This document shows, piece by piece, positions 45,753-50,949 of a stretch of DNA of 50,949 nt. Source of the DNA: an uncultured Bacilli bacterium (GTDB lineage Bacteria > Bacillota_I > Bacilli_A > RF39 > UBA660); contig CANQHJ010000002.1 of assembly GCA_947623665.1 (NCBI GenBank), positions 1 through 50,949 of the forward strand, given 5' to 3'. Both the position numbers and the translations under genes were made by a program. Numbering within the stretch: the stretch's first letter is position 1; each line of letters opens with the position of its first letter. The notes below the pieces were generated by a model that saw only the letters and a program-made list of their open reading frames with translations, was not told the origin of the DNA and did no database searches.

Positions 45753-48700
45753 ATGAAAGGATATTTTGAGAAAGTACTTAAAATTTTATTAGTTTTTGTA
45801 ATTCTTTTTACATATGTGATGCCTGTTTATGCAGTTGGGGATAGTGATAAAAATTCCTCTTCTAAAAATATTAGTTTAACTGATAAGGTTATTGGATTAA
45901 AAGATAATAGTGGTGATAAAGATTTTAATTATAAAGTTAATGTTAGTGATAGTATTAACTTGATTTATAATGCTAATTTTAATAAAAAAGATTATTTTCT
46001 TAAAATATTAAAAGAAAAAGTTAATGATAATAATATCAATATAACTATAAATAAAATAGAAGGTAATAGCGTTAAATATACTTTAAATGGATATAATGAT
46101 AGCTATAGTGGAGAATTTACTTATGAAAATACTTTAACTTTAGAATTGTCTGATACTAAGAAAGAGACTGTTGTTAAGTATTTTAAAGATATATTAGGAG
46201 ATGTTGATGTTAATGTTGATGATAGTGAAGATAAAGTAAAAGTTACTATAAATGGTATTAGTGAGAGTTTTGATGTAGTAAAGAAAGTAAATAATTCAGT
46301 TACTAAGAAAATATTAAATGATGATGCTAAGATTACTTATCAAGGTCATGTACAAGAAGTAGGATGGAAAGAATATGTAAATGATGGTGAGACTGGTGGT
46401 TCTACTGGAATAAAGAAAGGATTAGAGGCTCTTAGAATAAAACTTGAATCTGGAATAGATGGTGATATAAAGTATCAAGCACATGTTTCTGATATAGGAT
46501 GGCAAGAGTTTGCTAGTGTAAGAAATGGTGAGATGATTGGTACTACAGGTAAACATTTAAGTATGGAAGCTATTAAAATTAAACTTACTGGTCAACTAGC
46601 AGAGAAATATGATATTTATTATAGAGCACATGTAGAAGAAACTGGTTGGTTAGGATGGACTAAAAATGGGAAAATTGCTGGTACTACAAGTTTAGGTTTG
46701 AATTTAGAGGCAGTACAAATAAAACTTGTAAAAAAGACTGAAAGTGGTCCTGCTACTAGTGATGCTTCTATTGTTAAACCAATGGTTTTAAAATATCAAG
46801 CCCATGTTTCTGATGTAGGATGGCAAGATTATGTAACTAATAATACAGAAGCAGGAGTTGATAAACATAGATTAGAAGCATTAAAACTTAATTTAGATTA
46901 TCAATTTACTGATGGAAGTATAGTGTATCAAGCACATGTTTCTGGTATTGGATGGCAAAATGAAGTTAAAAATGGTGCACAAGTAGGGACAACTGGACAA
47001 AGTAGAGCAGTAGAAGCAATTAGAATTAAACTTACTGGTAATTTAGCGGATATATATGATGTGTTTTATCGTGTTAAAATTCAAGATATTGGTTGGTTAA
47101 ACTGGGCAAAAAATGGTGAGGATGCTGGAAGTAGTGGTGCTGCTAAAGCTGTTTATCAAATTCAAGTTAAATTAGTAAAAAAAGACTCAGAAGTTATAGA
47201 TCCTAGTACTCCTAGTTTTATGAATGCTACTCCATCAATTAGTTATAGTACATATAGTAGTGATGCATGGAGTAAGCAAGTTTCTAATGGAACAACTTCT
47301 GGTTCTGCTAATGATGATGCTAATAATTTAAAAGCAATGAAACTTCATCTTGAAAGCCAAATGTATAAAGCAAAAATAAATTATCAAGTTAAAAATTTTA
47401 ATGGAGATTGGCAAAGTGATACTTTAGATAATAATGAAGCTGGAGATATTAATAGTAGTGATGGAATAGAGGCTATTAAAATAAATATGTCTGGAGAAAT
47501 TACTAAATATTTTAGTGTATTTTATAGGACTTATGTTGCTGGACATGGATGGTTAGGATGGGCTAAGAATGGAGAGCCTGCTGGATCAACTGGTTTAAAT
47601 GCTAAAGTATTAGCTATTCAAGTTAAGGTTATTACAAGTGATACTCCTCCTAAATCTGATACTCTAGCATACTTATCAAATGATACTTTAATTTCTTATA
47701 AAGCGCATGTTTCAGATGTGGGATGGCAAGATTATGTTAATAGTGGTGAGACAGCTGGTGTTATCGGTAATAGATTAGAAGCATTAAAGATAAAAGTTAA
47801 TGATGACTCTGTTAAAGGAGATATTATTTATCAAGCACATGTTTCTGGTATTGGATGGCAAGATGAAGTTAAAAATGATGCAGTAGCAGGAACAACTGGA
47901 AAAGGTAAAGCAGTAGAAGCAATTAGAATAAGATTAACTAAAGATTTAGAGAAAAAATATGATGTTTATTATCGTACTTATATTTCTGATGTTGATGGTT
48001 ATACTTGGTTAGGATGGGCTAAGAATGGAGAGTCTGCTGGTAGTGTTAATGGTGCTAAAGCTTTACAAGCAATAGAAATTAAAATAGTTAATAAATCTAC
48101 TCCTGTTGATCAATCTACTCCTAGTTTTTTGAATGCTATTCCTAATATAAAATATAGTACTTATGATACTGATTGGTCGAAAGAAGCATCTGATGGTTCT
48201 ACTTCTGGTAGTGCTGAAAAATCTAGTCAATCTAAAGGTATTAAATCTTTGAAATTATCTCTTGAAAGTCAAATGTATGCTGGTCAAGTTAATTATCAAA
48301 TAAAAAGTATTAATAATGATTGGTTAGGTGAAGTAAGTGATGGCACTTTAGCTGGGGATATTCAATCTGATAATTTAATTGAAGCTGTTAGAATTAAACT
48401 TACTGGTAAAGTTAATGAGATTTTCTCTATATATTATAGAGTATATATTAAAGATAAAGGATGGTTAGGTTGGGCAAAAGATGGTGAAGTTTCAGGAAGT
48501 GAAGGATTTAATACTCCTATTGAGGCTATTCAAGTTAAATTAGTAACAAGAGATACAAAAGTAGATAAAGGTGGAAGAGCATTTGTAAGTAAAGCTGTAG
48601 ATGTTAGTTATCAAGCTCATGTTGGTAAAGTTGGATGGAAAGAAGAAGTTAAAAATGGAGAGTTAGCAGGAACAACTGGACAAGCTAAACCTATGGAAGC

Positions 48701-49937
48701 TGTAAAAATAAAACTTTCTAATACTTCTTTAGAAGGTAGTATTGAATATATGGTTAATATTGGACATAAGGGATGGACGAAAGATTATGTACGTGATGGA
48801 GCTCTTGGTGGTACTACTGGAGAGTCGTTAAAACTTGAAGGTATTAGAATAAAATTAACTGGTGAAATTGCTGATTATTTTGATGTATACTATCGAGTTC
48901 ATGTTGGTAATATAGGATGGCTTGATTGGGCTTCTAATAATCAAAAAACTGGAACTAGTGGTTCTGGAAAAGCACTTGAGGCTATTGAGATTAAACTTGT
49001 TGAAAAAGGTCAACCTGCTCCTGGTAATACAAATGATATTTATCGTGAAGGTAGTTGGGGAGTAGATTCTTATGCAGGTATTACTTTCCAGACTTATACT
49101 ACGCCATATCCATTTAATCAACGTGCTAATGATTTTAAATATATTGATGGAAGAAAATATTTCTTTAATTCTGCGGGAATGTTGCTTGTATCTGATGCCA
49201 AAAGAATAATTGATGTGTCTCATCATCAAAAAGATATTGATTGGGAGCAAGTAAAATATGCAGGACGTGATGATGAAAGAGATGAAATAGATGGTGTAAT
49301 TATTAGGGTTGGTGCTTACTTTAAAAGAGATGGTCTTGATGGAAAACTTAAAAAAAATATTGACGGTGTAAGAAAGTATGGAATAAATTATGGAATATAT
49401 TTATATAGTTATGCAGATAATGATAGTTATTGTCTTGATAGTGATGATTTAGATCTTCATTTTGGTTGTGCTCATAGTGGTGCAATGGATGCTAAAGCAA
49501 TTGAGGCAGCTGTTGATAAATATGATATGAATGATATGCATCATTCAATATTCTATGATTTAGAAATATGGGAAGACGATTCTAATAGATATTGGAATTA
49601 TTCTAATTATGAACCTATTATTAGAGAATTTGATAAACAAATGCAAAATTATGCTAATTCGTATAGTGGAAATCTTAGTAATAAATTTAGAAATTGGCAA
49701 ATATATTCAGGTCCAGCACGAATGGAACAGACTTTACATGATAAAGATGAATCTATTTGGAATAGAGTAACTTGGATTTCTCATTATAGTCATTACTTAG
49801 GTTATGGACATCCTATTAATGATACTTATAGATTATGGCAATATACTAGATCCTCATATGTTCCTGGTATTTCAGGAAATGTTGATTCTAGTGTAGCTGG
49901 TAATTTCCAATATAATCCTAAATATTTTGTTTATTAA
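45753..49937 (+). CDS. Secreted cell-wall hydrolase: 18 ChW repeats + one CW_binding_1-like repeat + GH25 muramidase
   Basis: Signal peptide ...MPVYA/VG. There are 18 copies of Y[QRK]xHVxxxGW...G[ST]TG...[LM]EA[IV]xIKL, which is the ChW repeat (PF07538-like). YIDGRKYFFNSAGML is a choline/glucan-binding-type repeat. GH25 motifs are IIDVSHHQKDIDW, IDGVIIRVG and YDLEIWE. Confidence 0.85.
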   Translation: MKGYFEKVLKILLVFVILFTYVMPVYAVGDSDKNSSSKNISLTDKVIGLKDNSGDKDFNYKVNVSDSINLIYNANFNKKDYFLKILKEKVNDNNINITINKIEGNSVKYTLNGYNDSYSGEFTYENTLTLELSDTKKETVVKYFKDILGDVDVNVDDSEDKVKVTINGISESFDVVKKVNNSVTKKILNDDAKITYQGHVQEVGWKEYVNDGETGGSTGIKKGLEALRIKLESGIDGDIKYQAHVSDIGWQEFASVRNGEMIGTTGKHLSMEAIKIKLTGQLAEKYDIYYRAHVEETGWLGWTKNGKIAGTTSLGLNLEAVQIKLVKKTESGPATSDASIVKPMVLKYQAHVSDVGWQDYVTNNTEAGVDKHRLEALKLNLDYQFTDGSIVYQAHVSGIGWQNEVKNGAQVGTTGQSRAVEAIRIKLTGNLADIYDVFYRVKIQDIGWLNWAKNGEDAGSSGAAKAVYQIQVKLVKKDSEVIDPSTPSFMNATPSISYSTYSSDAWSKQVSNGTTSGSANDDANNLKAMKLHLESQMYKAKINYQVKNFNGDWQSDTLDNNEAGDINSSDGIEAIKINMSGEITKYFSVFYRTYVAGHGWLGWAKNGEPAGSTGLNAKVLAIQVKVITSDTPPKSDTLAYLSNDTLISYKAHVSDVGWQDYVNSGETAGVIGNRLEALKIKVNDDSVKGDIIYQAHVSGIGWQDEVKNDAVAGTTGKGKAVEAIRIRLTKDLEKKYDVYYRTYISDVDGYTWLGWAKNGESAGSVNGAKALQAIEIKIVNKSTPVDQSTPSFLNAIPNIKYSTYDTDWSKEASDGSTSGSAEKSSQSKGIKSLKLSLESQMYAGQVNYQIKSINNDWLGEVSDGTLAGDIQSDNLIEAVRIKLTGKVNEIFSIYYRVYIKDKGWLGWAKDGEVSGSEGFNTPIEAIQVKLVTRDTKVDKGGRAFVSKAVDVSYQAHVGKVGWKEEVKNGELAGTTGQAKPMEAVKIKLSNTSLEGSIEYMVNIGHKGWTKDYVRDGALGGTTGESLKLEGIRIKLTGEIADYFDVYYRVHVGNIGWLDWASNNQKTGTSGSGKALEAIEIKLVEKGQPAPGNTNDIYREGSWGVDSYAGITFQTYTTPYPFNQRANDFKYIDGRKYFFNSAGMLLVSDAKRIIDVSHHQKDIDWEQVKYAGRDDERDEIDGVIIRVGAYFKRDGLDGKLKKNIDGVRKYGINYGIYLYSYADNDSYCLDSDDLDLHFGCAHSGAMDAKAIEAAVDKYDMNDMHHSIFYDLEIWEDDSNRYWNYSNYEPIIREFDKQMQNYANSYSGNLSNKFRNWQIYSGPARMEQTLHDKDESIWNRVTWISHYSHYLGYGHPINDTYRLWQYTRSSYVPGISGNVDSSVAGNFQYNPKYFVY
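46785..48570 (+). repeat. Intragenic tandem super-repeat (about 0.9 kb x 2), each unit encoding six ChW repeats
   Basis: Unit A starts at LKYQAHVSDVGWQDYV (about 46785) and unit B at ISYKAHVSDVGWQDYV (about 47688). Long near-identical DNA stretches occur, e.g. TATCAAGCACATGTTTCTGGTATTGGATGGCAA at about 46927 and about 47830. The linker STPSF[ML]NA.P is in the same place in both units. Confidence 0.6.
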
Positions 49938-49999
49938 TAAAAAGGGATATACTTTTATCTCTTTTTGTTTTATACTATTTTTAGATTGGAGTGATAATT

Positions 50000-50949
50000 A
50001 TGGGCTTTTTATTTCCGATAATATATTTTATTTTAGCAAATGGATTATTAGTGTTAGTATCTAAGAAAAGTTTTGGTAAGTGTTTACCTGTTACAATGAT
50101 GATTAATGCATTTGTATATTTTTTTAGTCAAGTAATATTTCATACATTTAAAATAGGTTTTATTTTAAATATTTTATTTGCAATTATGTTTATAGTTACT
50201 TTAATTTATATGATGGTAAAGAAGAAAGATTTTACTTTATTAAAGAAAAACTTTTTTTCTAAAGGATTTTATGCTTTTTTAGTAGCATATGTGGTAATAT
50301 TTATTTTTGATTTTAATAAATCATTTACGGCAGCAGATGAATTTTCTCATTGGGGTATGATGATTAAAGAAATGCTTAGACTTGATAGATTTTATTCTAT
50401 TCTAACTTCTACTTTATTAGCACATAAAGATTATCCACCTATTATGCAACTTTTAGAATTGTTTTTTTGTAATATTGCAGGTGGATATAAAGAAGCATAT
50501 TTAGTAAGATGTATGAATTTATTTTGTTTTTCATTGTTTATTCCATTTTTTGATACCAATGAAAAATTTTATAAAATTAATAATATAGTAAAAACTGTGT
50601 TTATAATGGGAATAGTATTTTTAACTGTTTTGTTATTTGATATGCATAATGTAATTAATACTATTTATAATGATTATTTAATGGCTATATTAGTTGCTTA
50701 TTTACTTGGATTTATAATAACTTCTAAAAATCCTCTTGGTAAATTCAATTTAATAGCACTATCTATTGGTTTAAGTTTTTTGATTTATACTAAACAAATA
50801 GCACTTACATTATATTTGATGGTATTGTTTATGTTTTTTGTTGATGTATTCTTAAAATATAGACAAGATAAGATTAAACTTTCTAAAAAAGATACCATAT
50901 ATATGGTATTAAAAGTAATATTACTTTTAATAGTCGTTCCTTTACTATT
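50000..50949 (+). CDS. Partial polytopic membrane protein (5' part; runs off the window), GT-C-like
   Basis: My own translation from ATG 50000 is open to the window end: MGFLFPIIYFILANGLLVLV...AADEFSHWGMMIKEM... It has multiple TMs and an acidic DE..H motif after TM3/4. RBS GGAGTGA. It is not in the ORF track because no stop lies in the window. Confidence 0.6.
   Translation, partial: MGFLFPIIYFILANGLLVLVSKKSFGKCLPVTMMINAFVYFFSQVIFHTFKIGFILNILFAIMFIVTLIYMMVKKKDFTLLKKNFFSKGFYAFLVAYVVIFIFDFNKSFTAADEFSHWGMMIKEMLRLDRFYSILTSTLLAHKDYPPIMQLLELFFCNIAGGYKEAYLVRCMNLFCFSLFIPFFDTNEKFYKINNIVKTVFIMGIVFLTVLLFDMHNVINTIYNDYLMAILVAYLLGFIITSKNPLGKFNLIALSIGLSFLIYTKQIALTLYLMVLFMFFVDVFLKYRQDKIKLSKKDTIYMVLKVILLLIVVPLL

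Noticed and set aside
1-50949. CRISPR arrays, tRNA/rRNA genes, IS elements, toxin-antitoxin pairs and known defence systems
   Set aside because: I scanned by eye for regularly spaced direct repeats, cloverleaf-like GC-rich islands, transposase/integrase motifs (DDE, tyrosine-recombinase R..H..Y) and classic defence-gene signatures. None was found. An absence claim made without software carries limited certainty.

Overview
This is a very AT-rich, low-GC Firmicutes-type chromosomal segment (Erysipelotrichales/Clostridia-like; taxon not determinable by eye). It uses the standard code (TGA serves as a stop). It has strong GGAGG-type RBSs, many extended -10 (TGnTATAAT) promoters and clear Rho-independent terminators. 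I recognised no rRNA, tRNA, CRISPR array, transposase, integrase or prophage block. All family calls come from by-eye motif recognition on the supplied translations; no searches were run.

Layout:
- 0.2-9.8 kb: housekeeping and envelope genes. These are an AAA/DUF4143 ATPase, a ferritin-like protein, an ArsC-family protein, rpoZ, recX, a GT-C-like membrane protein, prsA, two unannotated tiny YjcZ-like TM peptides, an LD-carboxypeptidase and a HIT protein.
- 10-15.2 kb: an uncharacterised block. A WG-like/Pro-rich/coiled-coil protein is followed by a one-operon, mirror-ordered duplicated module (small 99 aa - large LRR 575 aa - large LRR about 446 aa - small 95 aa). None of these proteins has a signal peptide. 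This is my best candidate for an undescribed system.
- 15.3-19.6 kb: sufCDSUB with a half-length SufD.
- 19.7-30.6 kb: a short SSB, an XRE regulator, a stand-alone hexapeptide-repeat acyltransferase overlapping pdp, a thioester-domain adhesin with its sortase, VanY-like and PBP5-type carboxypeptidases, mgtE, and an LCP ligase fused to a PASTA-like domain and a Cys-rich tail.
- 30.7-45.6 kb: an ABC-transporter-dependent, rhamnose-containing cell-wall glycopolymer locus. It holds rmlA/C/D/B, several GT2/GT4 enzymes, Wzm/Wzt-like transporter genes, an SGNH hydrolase and a GacI/GacJ/GT-C-like side-chain module. It also holds a pyruvyl transferase interrupted by a G9 homopolymer, a candidate phase-variation switch.
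- 45.7-49.9 kb: a 1394-aa autolysin with 18 ChW repeats and a GH25 domain, containing an internal ~0.9-kb tandem super-repeat.
- 50.0 kb to the window end: a further, partial GT-C-like membrane protein.
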